From NCBI GenBank assembly GCA_035632955.1, contig DASQFU010000211.1:14025-78024 (forward strand): a stretch of 64,000 bases of DNA, read 5' to 3'. Origin of the DNA: Candidatus Limnocylindria bacterium. Its GTDB lineage: Bacteria > Eisenbacteria > RBG-16-71-46. Positions 1 through 10,489 of the stretch are shown here, piece by piece (position 1 is the first letter of the stretch; the number at the start of each line of letters is the position of its first letter). The notes below the pieces were generated by a model. That model was not told where the DNA came from and made no database searches. It saw nothing but the letters and a program-made list of their open reading frames with translations. The position numbers were made by a program, and so were the translations under genes.

Positions 1-1236
1 GTCCGGAACGCTGAGAACTACAACCTGGGCGAGCTCGCCGATTCCTCGCTCGTCGGCCTCGCCGCGCCGGACGACAGCACGTTCGTCGTGACGCTCGAGC
101 AACCGACATCTTATTTCCTGTTTCTGACCCAGTTCTACACGTGCCTGCCGGTTCCGCGTCACGTCGTCGAGCGTTGGGGTGACCGCTGGACCGAGCGCGA
201 GCATCTGGTCGGCAACGGACCGTTCCGAATGACCTATCACCGGCGCCGCGACCGCTTCGAGTTCGGACGGAATCCCCGCTATTGGGACGCCGGGAGCGTG
301 AAGCTCGATCGTGTCATCGCGTACTCGATCGACGATCTCAACACCTGCACGAATCTCTACAAGGCCGGCGTCACCGACTGGAATCCGAGCGGCTACATCC
401 CCTCTCAGTTCATCCCCTACCTTCGTGGATTCGACGATTACCGGACCGGCAGATATCAAGCCGTCTACTTCTACTCGATCAACACGACACGGCCGCCGTT
501 CGACAACGTCTGGGTTCGCCGCGCGCTCAACTATGCAGTGGACCGCGAGGCGATCACCCGCGACCTGCTCAAGGGCAGCCGCGATCCATGGGGCAACTTC
601 CCGCCCTCCGGCTATCCCGGTTATCGACATCCTCCGCCGATCTCCTACGACCCGGAACGTGCGCGAGAATGTCTCGCGCGCGCCGGCTACCCGAGCGGCA
701 AAGGCTTCCCGAAAACGGAGATTCTGTTCAACACGAGCGAAGACCATCGCCGCATCGCGGAAGCCATCCAGGAGATGTGGAAGCGCGAGCTTGGCATCCA
801 GGTCGGCCTCTCGAATCAGGAGTGGGGCTCGTACCTGCAGGCGACGACCGCGCTCCAGTACGACGTCGCGCGCCGCTCGTGGATCGGCGATTATCTCGAC
901 CCCACCACGTTTCTCTCGATCATGCGGACCGGCGACGGCAACAACCGCACCGGCTGGAGCGATCCTACGTACGACCGCCTGCTGCGGGCCGCCGATGCCG
1001 AGGTCGACCCCGCTCGTCGCATGCTAATGCTCGCGGAAGCCGAGGCGCGAGTGCTCGATGCCGGTGTTCTGATCCCGATCTATCACTATTCGACGGTCGA
1101 GCTGGTGAAACCATACGTGCGCGGCCTCTACCCGACCGCGCTCGACGTCCATCCGCTCACGCGCGTCTGGATCGATCGGGATTGGAACCGGCATCCAGCG
1201 CCGGTGGCCCAGCTCCCGGATCGCGTCCGGCGCTAG
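1..1236 (+). CDS. ABC transporter substrate-binding protein, family 5 (oligopeptide/dipeptide OppA/DppA-like); 5' end outside window
   Basis: Frame 1 is open from base 1 (VRNAENYNLGELAD...) into listed ORF 88..1236. Blocks such as GNGPFRM, RNPRYWD and YFYSINTTRPPFDNVWVRRALNYAVDRE are typical of family-5 binding proteins. Two Opp/Dpp-type permease genes follow. Confidence 0.85.
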   Translation, partial: VRNAENYNLGELADSSLVGLAAPDDSTFVVTLEQPTSYFLFLTQFYTCLPVPRHVVERWGDRWTEREHLVGNGPFRMTYHRRRDRFEFGRNPRYWDAGSVKLDRVIAYSIDDLNTCTNLYKAGVTDWNPSGYIPSQFIPYLRGFDDYRTGRYQAVYFYSINTTRPPFDNVWVRRALNYAVDREAITRDLLKGSRDPWGNFPPSGYPGYRHPPPISYDPERARECLARAGYPSGKGFPKTEILFNTSEDHRRIAEAIQEMWKRELGIQVGLSNQEWGSYLQATTALQYDVARRSWIGDYLDPTTFLSIMRTGDGNNRTGWSDPTYDRLLRAADAEVDPARRMLMLAEAEARVLDAGVLIPIYHYSTVELVKPYVRGLYPTALDVHPLTRVWIDRDWNRHPAPVAQLPDRVRR

Positions 1237-1240
1237 GTTC

Positions 1241-2158
1241 GTGGCGACCTTTCTCCTCCGGCGACTGCTGCTGATCGTTCCCACGCTGTGGGTGATCGCG
1301 ACGCTCACGTTCTTCCTGATGCGGCAGGCGCCGGGCGGGCCGTTTCAGGCGGAGCGCGAGATCCCGGCGGCCGCCAAGGCGCAGCTCGAGCGGCAGTACG
1401 GGCTCGACCGGCCGCTGCTCTACCAGTACCTGGCCTTTCTCGGGAACGCTGCACGGCTCGACTTCGGTCCGTCGTACAAGTACGCGCCGAAGCAGGTGAC
1501 GGAGATCATTCGCGAGTCGTTCCCGGTCTCGCTCGAGCTCGGCGGCTGGGCGCTGCTGTTCGCGCTCGCGATCGGCGTGCCGCTCGGCGTGGTGGCGGCC
1601 GTGAAGCAGAACACGCGCACCGATTTTGCCGCCATGACCGCGGCGCTCGCCGGCGTGTCGATCCCGAACTTCGTGCTCGGGCCGTTGTTGGTGCTCGGAT
1701 TGTCGCTGACGCTGTTCGTGCTGCCGCCGGCGCTGTGGCAGGGACCCGAGAGCCGCGTGCTGCCGGTGCTCACGCTTTCCACCGCCTATGTCGCCTACAT
1801 CGCGCGTCTGACGCGCGGCGGCATGCTCGAGGTGCTGAGACAGGACTACATTCGTACTGCGCGCGCCAAAGGGCTGGCGGAAGGGTCGGTGGTGTTCAAG
1901 CACGCGCTCAAGCTCGGCATCCTTCCGGTGGTCTCCTATCTCGGTCCGGCTGCGGCGCGCATCGTAATGGGCTCGATCGTGGTCGAGAGCATCTTCGCGA
2001 TTCCCGGTCTGGGAAACTATCTCGTCACCGGCGCATTCAACCGCGACTACACGCTGGTGCTCGGCGTCGTGCTGTTCTACGCGCTGTTCCTGATGCTCCT
2101 GAATCTGCTCGTGGACGTTGCATACACCTGGATCGATCCGCGCGTGGAGTTGCGATGA
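1241..2158 (+). CDS. ABC transporter permease (OppB/DppB-like)
   Basis: GTG start lies 4 nt after the upstream stop. N-terminus LLRRLLLIVPTLWVIATLTFFLMRQAPGGPF and the multi-TM body are typical of Opp/Dpp B-type permeases. Confidence 0.9.
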   Translation: MATFLLRRLLLIVPTLWVIATLTFFLMRQAPGGPFQAEREIPAAAKAQLERQYGLDRPLLYQYLAFLGNAARLDFGPSYKYAPKQVTEIIRESFPVSLELGGWALLFALAIGVPLGVVAAVKQNTRTDFAAMTAALAGVSIPNFVLGPLLVLGLSLTLFVLPPALWQGPESRVLPVLTLSTAYVAYIARLTRGGMLEVLRQDYIRTARAKGLAEGSVVFKHALKLGILPVVSYLGPAAARIVMGSIVVESIFAIPGLGNYLVTGAFNRDYTLVLGVVLFYALFLMLLNLLVDVAYTWIDPRVELR

Positions 2159-2171
2159 CGCTCGGTACGCG

Positions 2172-3107
2172 ATGCCCGGCACCGGCGGCGCAGCCGTGAG
2201 CGCCGCGACCATGTCGCCGGCCGACGTGCCGCAGGTTCTGAAATCCGAGCGGCCGGAGAGTCCGTGGGCGGACGCCTGGAAGCGCCTGCGCAGGAATCGC
2301 GCGGCCGTGGCCTCCGCGACGTTCCTGACCGCGCTCTCCGCGATTGCGGCGCTCGCGCCGTGGCTTCCGGGCCTCGCCGACCCCACCGTGCAGGACCTGG
2401 CGCTCGGGGCTTCGGCGCCCTCTCCGGCGCACTGGTTCGGCACCGACGAGCTGGGTCGCGACACGCTCGCGCGCGTGATTCATGGCGGCCGCATCTCGCT
2501 GCTCGTCGGCCTGATCGCGACCCTCGTCAGCCTGCTGGTCGGCGTGACCTACGGCGCGTTCGCCGGCTATCGCGGCGGAAAGATCGACGAGGTGATGATG
2601 CGCTTCGTGGATGTGCTCTACTCGCTGCCCTACATCTTCCTCGTCATCCTGCTGCTCGTGTTCTTCAGCAAGAGCCTGATCATGCTGTTCGTCGCGCTCG
2701 GGCTCGTCCAGTGGCTGACGATGGCGCGCATCGTCCGCGGCCAAGTGCTGTCGCTCAAGAACCAGAACTTCGTCGAGGCCGCGCGCGCGCTCGGCGCCGG
2801 AGACCTGCGCATCATCTTCCGGCACATCGTCCCGAACACGCTCGGGCCGGTGATCGTCTACACGACCCTGACCGTGCCCGCCGTCATCCTGCAGGAAGCG
2901 TTCCTGTCCTTCCTCGGCCTGGGCGTTCAGCCTCCGGACGCCTCGTGGGGCACGCTGGTGTCGGACGGCGCGCGGTTGCTGGCGCTGTTTCCCTGGCTCG
3001 TGATCTTCCCGGGCATCGCGCTCTCACTCACACTGATGTGCTTCAACTTCCTCGGCGACGGCCTGCGCGACGCGCTCGATCCGCAGGATCGCCGCGACGT
3101 CGCGTAG
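2172..3107 (+). CDS. ABC transporter permease (OppC/DppC-like)
   Basis: WFGTDELGRDTLARVIHGGRISL block plus TM body. The ORF opens at 2118 but ATG 2172 (or 2211) avoids overlap with the upstream gene. Start is uncertain. Confidence 0.85.
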   Translation: MPGTGGAAVSAATMSPADVPQVLKSERPESPWADAWKRLRRNRAAVASATFLTALSAIAALAPWLPGLADPTVQDLALGASAPSPAHWFGTDELGRDTLARVIHGGRISLLVGLIATLVSLLVGVTYGAFAGYRGGKIDEVMMRFVDVLYSLPYIFLVILLLVFFSKSLIMLFVALGLVQWLTMARIVRGQVLSLKNQNFVEAARALGAGDLRIIFRHIVPNTLGPVIVYTTLTVPAVILQEAFLSFLGLGVQPPDASWGTLVSDGARLLALFPWLVIFPGIALSLTLMCFNFLGDGLRDALDPQDRRDVA

Positions 3108-3170
3108 CTGACGCGTGATGAAGGCGGACGCGTAGGCTGCCGCTCGGCGATTCGCTATCATGACTCGCCC

Positions 3171-3989
3171 ATGCCGAGCTCGGAGCAACCTGCCATGTCG
3201 AGTGAGAATCCGGTCGGGCCATCGCGATCTCGCCTCTACCTTCTCAATGGCGTTTATGGTGCGCCCGAGCATTTCGAGGCGTTGCAGGTCGCGCTCGCGC
3301 CCGCGATCGAAACGCGCGTGTTTCCGTTTCGCCGCGAGGGTCTCGCCGACCCCACACCCGAGCACGGGTTCTCGCCGATGGTGGACCGGCTCGCGACCGA
3401 GCTCGATCGCTGCGACGGCGATCGCGCGCCGGCCTTGTTCGGCTTCTCGCTCGGGGGTGCGCTGGCGCTCGAGTACGCACTGACGCATCCGGGTCGCGTC
3501 TCGGCGCTGATCCTCGTCAATGCGTTCGCGCGCTACCGGCAAGGGCCGGTGGCGACCGGCTCGCTGCCCGCCTTGCGCGCCTGGCCGCCGGCTTGGGCGC
3601 ACCCCGAAGCGACGGCGCGCATCGTCCATCAGGTCCGCTGGCTCCGTCGCTCGCTGTTTCACGCCGAGGCGCCACGGGAAGCGATCGAGCGCGGCGTCCG
3701 TGCCGCGACCGCGGCGGTGTCGCAAGGCGATCTGCTGTTTCAGCTCGCGCACCTCGGGCTCGCCGAGCCCGCGGGTCTCGCCGGGCGAGTGGGGCAGCTC
3801 TCGCGCGATCTGCCGATTCTGCTGGCTTCGAGCCGGCACGATCGCGTCGTGCCACCTTTCCATACCGATTGGCTGGCCACGCAATTGCCGTGGGCGCGCC
3901 GGACCCGCTTCGAAGGCGGGCACGCGTTCTTCCAGCACGACGCAGCGCTTCTCGCCCATACGGTCCGGGAGTTTCTCGAGGCGCTCTGA
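3171..3989 (+). CDS. alpha/beta-fold hydrolase
   Basis: Nucleophile elbow [31 protein letters not shown] (GxSxG) and C-terminal GGHAFFQHD histidine region. Confidence 0.8.
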   Translation: MPSSEQPAMSSENPVGPSRSRLYLLNGVYGAPEHFEALQVALAPAIETRVFPFRREGLADPTPEHGFSPMVDRLATELDRCDGDRAPALFGFSLGGALALEYALTHPGRVSALILVNAFARYRQGPVATGSLPALRAWPPAWAHPEATARIVHQVRWLRRSLFHAEAPREAIERGVRAATAAVSQGDLLFQLAHLGLAEPAGLAGRVGQLSRDLPILLASSRHDRVVPPFHTDWLATQLPWARRTRFEGGHAFFQHDAALLAHTVREFLEAL

Positions 3990-4143
3990 CCGCCTCGGCT
4001 GCGTCCCCGAACCGCCGATCCGTCGCTTCCAACCGTTCGTCGGGAAAGTCTCCCGTTCGGGGCTCGCCGTGGCGTCTCATGCATGGGTGGGCCGCACACC
4101 CGTCCGATCGGACGGCAGCGCGCGCGCCGTGCCTGGAGACACC

Positions 4144-5055
4144 ATGACGACGCTGCAAGTTCAAACCGCTTTCAAGACCTACGGCAAGGTCGAGGCGCTG
4201 CGCGGCGCGGCGCTCGAGCTCGGCGCAGGCGAGATGCTCGCGCTGCTCGGACCGAACGGGGCCGGCAAGACGACCTTGGTGCGCGCGATCGCCGGCCGAG
4301 TGCGGCTCGATCGCGGGACGATCGAGTTGCTCGGTGAGGCCCTCTCCCCTGCGAGCCCGCGCCCCGCTCTGGGGGTCGTGCCGCAGGAGGTCGCGCTCTA
4401 CCCGCTGCTCACCGCGCGCGAAAATCTCGAAGCGTTTGGGCGCCTGAACGCCGTCTCCGGATCGCGGCTTCGGGAGCGCGTGAAATGGGCGCTGGAATGG
4501 ACCCAGCTCGCCGAGCGGAGCCGCGAGCCCATCAAACGCTTTTCGGGCGGAATGAGGCGCCGGCTCAACATCGCGTGCGGCATCCTGCACGAGCCCCAGG
4601 TCGTGCTGCTCGACGAGCCGACGGTGGGCGTCGACCCGCAGAGTCGCGAGCGGATCTACGACATGCTGTCCGGGTTGCGCGCCGCCGGCACCTCGCTGCT
4701 GCTCACCACGCACCAGCTCGAGGAGGCGGAGGCCCGCTGCGAACGGATCGTCATTCTCGACCGTGGCCTCGTGATCGCCTCGGGAACGCTGGGCGAGCTG
4801 GTGCGGAAGACGATCGGTGACTCGCGGGACGTCACGCTGCGCGTCGATCGTCCGCCCCGGACACCGCTCGTCGGATTCGAGGCCGACGGCGCCGACACGA
4901 CGCTGCGTGCACGCGTCGCCGACGTCGCGAGCGACCTGCCGGCGCTACTGGTGCGCGCCCAGGCCGCGGGCTGCACGATCGAGGACGTCTCGGTGCGGAG
5001 CCCGAGCCTCCAGAGCGTCTTCATCCACCTGACCGGAAGGGAGCTGCGCGAATGA
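4144..5055 (+). CDS. ABC transporter ATP-binding protein (ABC-2 exporter type)
   Basis: Walker [10 protein letters not shown], signature FSGGMRRRL, Walker B VVLLDEPT. Listed ORF 3520..5055 carries an Arg/Ala/Pro-rich 5' extension overlapping the hydrolase, so the in-frame ATG at 4144 ([10 protein letters not shown]) was chosen. Confidence 0.9.
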   Translation: MTTLQVQTAFKTYGKVEALRGAALELGAGEMLALLGPNGAGKTTLVRAIAGRVRLDRGTIELLGEALSPASPRPALGVVPQEVALYPLLTARENLEAFGRLNAVSGSRLRERVKWALEWTQLAERSREPIKRFSGGMRRRLNIACGILHEPQVVLLDEPTVGVDPQSRERIYDMLSGLRAAGTSLLLTTHQLEEAEARCERIVILDRGLVIASGTLGELVRKTIGDSRDVTLRVDRPPRTPLVGFEADGADTTLRARVADVASDLPALLVRAQAAGCTIEDVSVRSPSLQSVFIHLTGRELRE

Positions 5056-6377
5056 TCGCAACCCTGATGCGCGTCGCCTGGATCAGCCTGAGCCGCGACC
5101 GTGTCGCGCAGGCGCTCACGTTCGCGCTGCCGATCGCGTTCTTCACGATCTTCGCGGCGGTGTTCGCGGGGCAGGACATGCGGACCACCCCACGCGTCGA
5201 GGCGGCGGTCGTGGATCAGGACGGCTCCGAGTACAGCCGCCGCCTCGTCATGGCGCTCAAGGCAGATCGCGGCTTGGAGGTTCGAACGTCGCATGGCCGC
5301 CGGGGCGAGGCACAGACGCCGCTCGATCGCGCGCGAGCCGAGGCCCTGGTGCGCGATGGCGCCGTGCCGGTCGCGGTGGTCCTGCCGAAGGGCATGCACG
5401 TCGGCTTCGGCCCAGCGGAGGGCGCGCCACCGGTCGAGCTGCTGTCCGATCCATCGGATCCCGTCGCGCCGCAGATCGTCATGGGGTTGTTGCAGAAGGC
5501 GGCGATGACAGCGGCGCCGGACCTGATGGTGCGCTCGAGTCTCGAGTTGTTCGAGCGCTACAGCGGACCGCTCTCTGAGCGCCAGCGCGAGGCGATCGCG
5601 GCCTGGGAGCACGTGCTGCGCGTGCAAACGGCTGCCCAGGACTCCGCGCTGCGCCGTGCGGAGACCGAGAAGGACGGCGGGCAGCCTACCCGCGCGCCGC
5701 AGGACGTCGCTGGCACTACCGATTCGGGACCGATTCCCGTGCGCGTCGTGGACGTGATGGGCGAGAAGCGCGAAAACCCGCTGATCGCGTTCTACGCCGC
5801 TGGGATCGGGATCATGTTCCTGCTGTTCACGTGCACGGGAGCCGCCGGCTCGCTGCTCGACGAGGTGGACTCCGGCACGCTCGACCGCGTGTTGACGTCG
5901 CGCGCCGGGATGACCGGTCTCCTGATCGCAAAGTGGTGCTTTATGGCCGCGCTCGGTGTGCTCCAGCTCACGGTCATGTTTTCGTACGGAGCGCTCGCGT
6001 TCGGGCTGCCGCTACTCGAGCACCTGGCCGGATTCGCGGTCATGACGGCGTTCAGCGCCGCCGTGGTTGCGAGCTTCGGGTTGCTGATCGCCACGGCGTC
6101 CCGGACTCGGGCTCAGCTCTCGGGCGTTTCGACCATCGTGATCCTCGTGATCTCCGCGCTCGGAGGCAGCATGTTCCCCCGTTTCATGATGAGCGAGGGG
6201 ATGCAGAAGGTCGGCCTTCTCACGTTCAACGCCTGGGCGCTCGACGGCTTCATCAAGGTATTCTGGCGCGACGCGAAGCTGGTCGAGCTGTGGCCGCAGC
6301 TCTTGGTGCTGAGCGCGTTCACGGTGGCGTTCCTGACCACGGCCCGCCTGCTCGCCCGTCGCTGGGAAGCCGCCTGA
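5052..6377 (+). CDS. ABC-2 type transporter permease
   Basis: ATGA start/stop overlap with the ATPase gene. One N-terminal TM, a large extracytoplasmic region, then a cluster of C-terminal TMs (ABC-2 membrane layout). Confidence 0.8.
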   Translation: MIATLMRVAWISLSRDRVAQALTFALPIAFFTIFAAVFAGQDMRTTPRVEAAVVDQDGSEYSRRLVMALKADRGLEVRTSHGRRGEAQTPLDRARAEALVRDGAVPVAVVLPKGMHVGFGPAEGAPPVELLSDPSDPVAPQIVMGLLQKAAMTAAPDLMVRSSLELFERYSGPLSERQREAIAAWEHVLRVQTAAQDSALRRAETEKDGGQPTRAPQDVAGTTDSGPIPVRVVDVMGEKRENPLIAFYAAGIGIMFLLFTCTGAAGSLLDEVDSGTLDRVLTSRAGMTGLLIAKWCFMAALGVLQLTVMFSYGALAFGLPLLEHLAGFAVMTAFSAAVVASFGLLIATASRTRAQLSGVSTIVILVISALGGSMFPRFMMSEGMQKVGLLTFNAWALDGFIKVFWRDAKLVELWPQLLVLSAFTVAFLTTARLLARRWEAA

Positions 6378-6505
6378 CCGGAGCTCCACCGACCGCGTCT
6401 CGTTCCATCGACAACCGGTCCTGCGCGAGATCGGGCCTTCTGCGATAGAGTGCCCGCCGGTCGCCGTCAACGATCTCGTCGTCTCAACCGGAGAGCTCCC
6501 GTCCC

Positions 6506-7267
6506 ATGGAATGGTTCCTCCAGCCGCAGATCTGGATCGCGCTCGCCACGCTCACGCTGCTCGAGATCGTGCTCGGAATCGACAACATCGTCTTCATCGC
6601 GATTCTCGCCGGCCGGCTGCCCACGCACCAGCAGGAGCGAGCGCGCCGCATCGGGCTGATGCTCGCCATGTTGATGCGGATCGGCCTGCTGCTGTCGCTG
6701 GTCTGGATGATCCGGCTCACTGCGCCGCTGTTCACGGTGTTCCATCACCCGATTTCGGGACGCGATCTCATTCTCATCTTCGGGGGCCTGTTCCTGATCT
6801 TCAAGAGCACCCGAGAGATCCACGACAAGCTGGAAGGCGAAGAGGAGAGCCCCGAGGTCCGAGCGAAGGCATCGTTCGCAGGCGTCATCGTGCAGATCCT
6901 GCTGCTCGACATCGTGTTCTCGCTAGACTCCGTCATCACGGCGATTGGAATGGTGGAGCAGATTCCGGTGATGATCGCAGCGATCGTGCTGGCAATCGGC
7001 TTCATGCTCCTGTTCTCGGGAACGATCAGCGGGTTCGTCGACCGGCATCCCACCATCAAGATGCTGGCGCTGAGCTTCCTGCTCCTGATCGGGCTGGCGC
7101 TGATCGCCGAGGGATTCGGTCACCACATCCCGAAGGGCTACATCTACTTCGCGATGGCGTTCTCCGTGTTCGTCGAGATGCTGAACCTGAGACTCAGGAA
7201 AGGCGCGCCGATCCGGCTGCACGAAACGATCCGCCCGGAAACGAAGAGCGTGGGCAAGACGCCCTGA
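6506..7267 (+). CDS. TerC family integral membrane protein
   Basis: N-terminus WIALATLTLLEIVLGIDNIVFIAIL and second repeat ILLLDIVFSLDSVITAIGM are TerC-family hallmarks. Confidence 0.85.
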   Translation: MEWFLQPQIWIALATLTLLEIVLGIDNIVFIAILAGRLPTHQQERARRIGLMLAMLMRIGLLLSLVWMIRLTAPLFTVFHHPISGRDLILIFGGLFLIFKSTREIHDKLEGEEESPEVRAKASFAGVIVQILLLDIVFSLDSVITAIGMVEQIPVMIAAIVLAIGFMLLFSGTISGFVDRHPTIKMLALSFLLLIGLALIAEGFGHHIPKGYIYFAMAFSVFVEMLNLRLRKGAPIRLHETIRPETKSVGKTP

Positions 7268-7322
7268 CCCGTTCTCTCCCCGCGACCTGAAGGTCCTGGT
7301 GATTCAACGATAGGAGGCCCGG

Positions 7323-7604
7323 ATGTCGAAACCTTGCACGCACCTGGACCAGGTCCATGACGTGACGCCGCAGACGCCCGCCGGCTGCGAGGAATGTCTC
7401 GCGTCCGGTGGCGAGTGGGTTCATCTGCGTCTGTGCTTGACCTGCGGCCACGTCGGCTGTTGCGACAACTCCGTAGGAAAACACGCGACCAAGCACTTCC
7501 AAGGCACCCATCACCCGATCATCCGCAGTTTTCAACCGAGCGAGAATTGGGGTTGGTGCTACGTGGATGAGATCTTCATGGAGCCGGCCCCCACCGTGTC
7601 GTAG
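7323..7604 (+). CDS. UBP-type zinc-finger domain protein
   Basis: CTHLD...CEECL...WVHLRLCLTCGHVGCCD...HATKHF...HHP pattern of Cys/His ligands typical of zf-UBP. Confidence 0.8.
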   Translation: MSKPCTHLDQVHDVTPQTPAGCEECLASGGEWVHLRLCLTCGHVGCCDNSVGKHATKHFQGTHHPIIRSFQPSENWGWCYVDEIFMEPAPTVS

Positions 7605-7635
7605 TAAACCGGCGGCCGTGCGGACGGATGAGCCC

Positions 7636-8566
7636 ATGACGAAGACCGAAGCGGATGCCAGGCTCGCCGACGCTTGGCCGGCCCTCCCCCTCGATGGCTG
7701 GCTGGAGACCTATGCCTCGCTGCACCTATGGACGCAGATCGTCGGCAAGACGCGGCTCGCACTGGCGCCGATGCAGAACCATTGGTGGCAGGTCACGCTC
7801 TACGTGACGGCACGAGGACTCGGGACGTCACCCATTCCCTACGGCGAGCGCACGCTCGAGCTCGAGTTCGACTTCGTCGATCACCGCCTCGTCGCGCGAG
7901 CGAGCGATGGCAGAATCCACACGCTCCCGCTCGTACCGCAGGCCACCGCCGACTTCTACGAGCAGTACCTGGATCTGTTGCGATCGTTGGACGTCGAGGT
8001 TCGGATTTGGCCGGTCCCTTCGGAGATCGCGAACCCGATACCGTTCACCGTGGATCGCGTGCATGCCTCGTACGATGCGGAAGCCGCCCATCGTCTCTGG
8101 CGGGTGCTGGTGCAGATCGATCGAGTCCTGAAGCAGTTTCGCGGGTCCTTCGTCGGCAAGTGCAGCCCGGTCCATTTCTGGTGGGGAGCGTTCGATCTCT
8201 CCTGCACGCGTTTCTCGGGGCGGCGCGCTCCTCCCCACCCGGGCGGCGTGCCGAATGTCCCGGACCGAGTCACGCGCGAGGGGTACTCGCACGAGTGCAT
8301 CAGCGCGGGCTGGTGGCCCGGAAGCGAGGCGGGCCCGGTACGGGAACCGGCGTTTTACGCCTACGCGTACCCGGAACCATTGGGATGTTCGGAGGCGACG
8401 ATCCAACCGCGCACGGCGAGCTATCACCCGGAGCTACACGAGTGGATTCTCCCGTACGCCGCGGTGCTCGAGGCCCAGGACCGCGACGCCGTGTTGCTCG
8501 AGTTCCTACACAGCACCTACGACGTCGCCGCCAGTCTCGGCGGATGGGATCGCGAAGCGTTGGACG

Positions 8567-8583
<17 letters not shown>
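7636..8583 (+). CDS. DUF5996 family protein
   Basis: Blocks LHLWTQIVGKTRLALAPMQNHWWQVTLYVTARGL and GKCSPVHFWWGAFDLSCTRFSGR match my recollection of DUF5996. In-frame ATG 7636 chosen over the longer ORF start at 7567. Confidence 0.7.
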
Positions 8584-9148
<565 letters not shown>

Positions 9149-9194
9149 CGAATCCCTCCGGTGACGAAAACATCTCCGGGTCCGCGTCGTGACG

Positions 9195-10334
9195 TTAGTT
9201 TCGTGCTGATGCGCTCCATTGTTGGATGAGGTTCTCGAGATTCTTCTTGTTGCCGTCGTCCGGTGCTTGAGCGATCGCCTTCTTCGCGTATGCGATCGCC
9301 TTCTTCTTGTCCCCCGATAGCGCGTACGCTCGCGCCAGTCCCACGTTCACCGGCCACCGATCCGGGAAGCGCTTCGCATTGACGAAGAAGATTCGCTTCG
9401 CCAGAGCGTCGTTGCCCTGCATCTGCTGGAAGCGGGCAAGTTGATGGAGGTCGATCGGAGTCGCGTCCGGCATCGCCAGGGCTTTCTCCATCGTCTTCTC
9501 GCCTTGGTCCTTCATCCCGTTCGCGATCTGCAGCTCGGCCAGAACCGACAGCGTCTGCAGATTGGCCACGCCGTTCTGCGGGTCGATCGCCGCCTCCTGC
9601 GCCCACGCCAGGCCCTGGTCGAGGTGCGACTTCGACGTGAGGCAGTAGATCGCCGCCTCGCGGAAGTTCTGCCACTTGAACGACTGCTGGTTGCGAAACT
9701 CCTGCTTCAGGTTCTCCACGTACAGCCCGGCCATGTCGTCGACGGTGATGTGAATCGGAATCTGCAATCGTTCCCACTTGAGGGCGACCGTCGCCTGGTC
9801 CGCCTTCCGATCCGTGAACTCGTAGGTGAGCCACTCGTGGTATTCACACTCGGCCGGTTTGACCGTGACCCGCAGCTGATCCTCGGCTTGGTCGTACCAG
9901 AATGCGCCCCATGACGCGTGGTTCTTCGAGAAGATGACGGTCCATTCTTCCTTGCCCGCGATGAAGAACAATCCGTACGACCCGGCCGGCAACTCCCGGC
10001 CTTCGATGTTCACCGGATGCGAAACCGTGAATACGGTGTTCTCGTTGGCTCCGCCGCGCCACGGACACTGCTTGCAATCGTTGAAGCCGAGATCATGGAG
10101 GCCGTACGGCACCAACTCTCCCCAGATGTGACCGCTGCGATCTTTGCCGTCGGGGCCATGAACATCCGGGCTGCTGTACTCGATGGTTACGCGTACGAGC
10201 CCGATCCCCTGTGTCACCGAACCGAATTGATTGTCGCCACTCGGGGGGAGCGTGATGTCCTTGGCGAACGCGGCATGCGCGGGCACGAGCAACGCCATCG
10301 CCAGCACGGGAATGAGACGTGAGGCCTGCATCAT
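9195..10334 (-). CDS. secreted DUF2911 domain protein with C-terminal TPR-like region
   Basis: Start at ATGATG 10334 (MMQASRLIPVLAMALLVPAHAAFA signal peptide). Blocks WGELVPYG...WRGGANENTVFTVSHPVNIEGRELPAGSYGLFFI are DUF2911-like. The upstream part of listed ORF 9195..11540 overlaps the next gene in another frame. Confidence 0.75.
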   Translation of the reverse strand: MMQASRLIPVLAMALLVPAHAAFAKDITLPPSGDNQFGSVTQGIGLVRVTIEYSSPDVHGPDGKDRSGHIWGELVPYGLHDLGFNDCKQCPWRGGANENTVFTVSHPVNIEGRELPAGSYGLFFIAGKEEWTVIFSKNHASWGAFWYDQAEDQLRVTVKPAECEYHEWLTYEFTDRKADQATVALKWERLQIPIHITVDDMAGLYVENLKQEFRNQQSFKWQNFREAAIYCLTSKSHLDQGLAWAQEAAIDPQNGVANLQTLSVLAELQIANGMKDQGEKTMEKALAMPDATPIDLHQLARFQQMQGNDALAKRIFFVNAKRFPDRWPVNVGLARAYALSGDKKKAIAYAKKAIAQAPDDGNKKNLENLIQQWSASARN

Positions 10335-10489
10335 CGAATCCCTCCTGGAAACCCCGGTCGTGCGAATCGTGCGATGTGTGCGTGAAAGCTGGGACGAATG
10401 TCGGGGGATCGGCACGAACGCGCAAGACTGGAGCGACGGACGCTGGTGAGCACGGCGCGAACGCGGGCTCGGCCGGCGGGACAGGAGCG

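Noticed and set aside
1157-2464. Other long antisense ORFs (1157..2464, 3517..4713, 4656..5627, 11671..13074, 13616..15187, 16476..17789, 18149..19165, 35586..36650, 37968..39035, 39461..40948, 42596..44224, 45871..47799).
   Set aside because: Each is the mirror of a CDS with clear family motifs on the opposite strand, and each has a composition-driven Arg/Pro/Gly/Asp-rich translation.
3520-4143. 5' extensions of listed ORFs (3520..5055; likewise 37407..38144 of 37407..39476, 38936..39472 of 38936..40861, and 30939..32174 of 30753..32174).
   Set aside because: The extensions overlap the preceding real genes, are low-complexity, and are cut off by in-frame starts. Those starts give proper N-termini (Walker A context, signal peptides) and 4-nt start/stop overlaps.
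6378-6505. Possible yybP-ykoY (Mn) riboswitch upstream of the TerC-family gene.
   Set aside because: I could not find the conserved GGGGAGUAG and GAGACC-type core elements in either orientation. An Infernal/Rfam scan would be needed to be sure.
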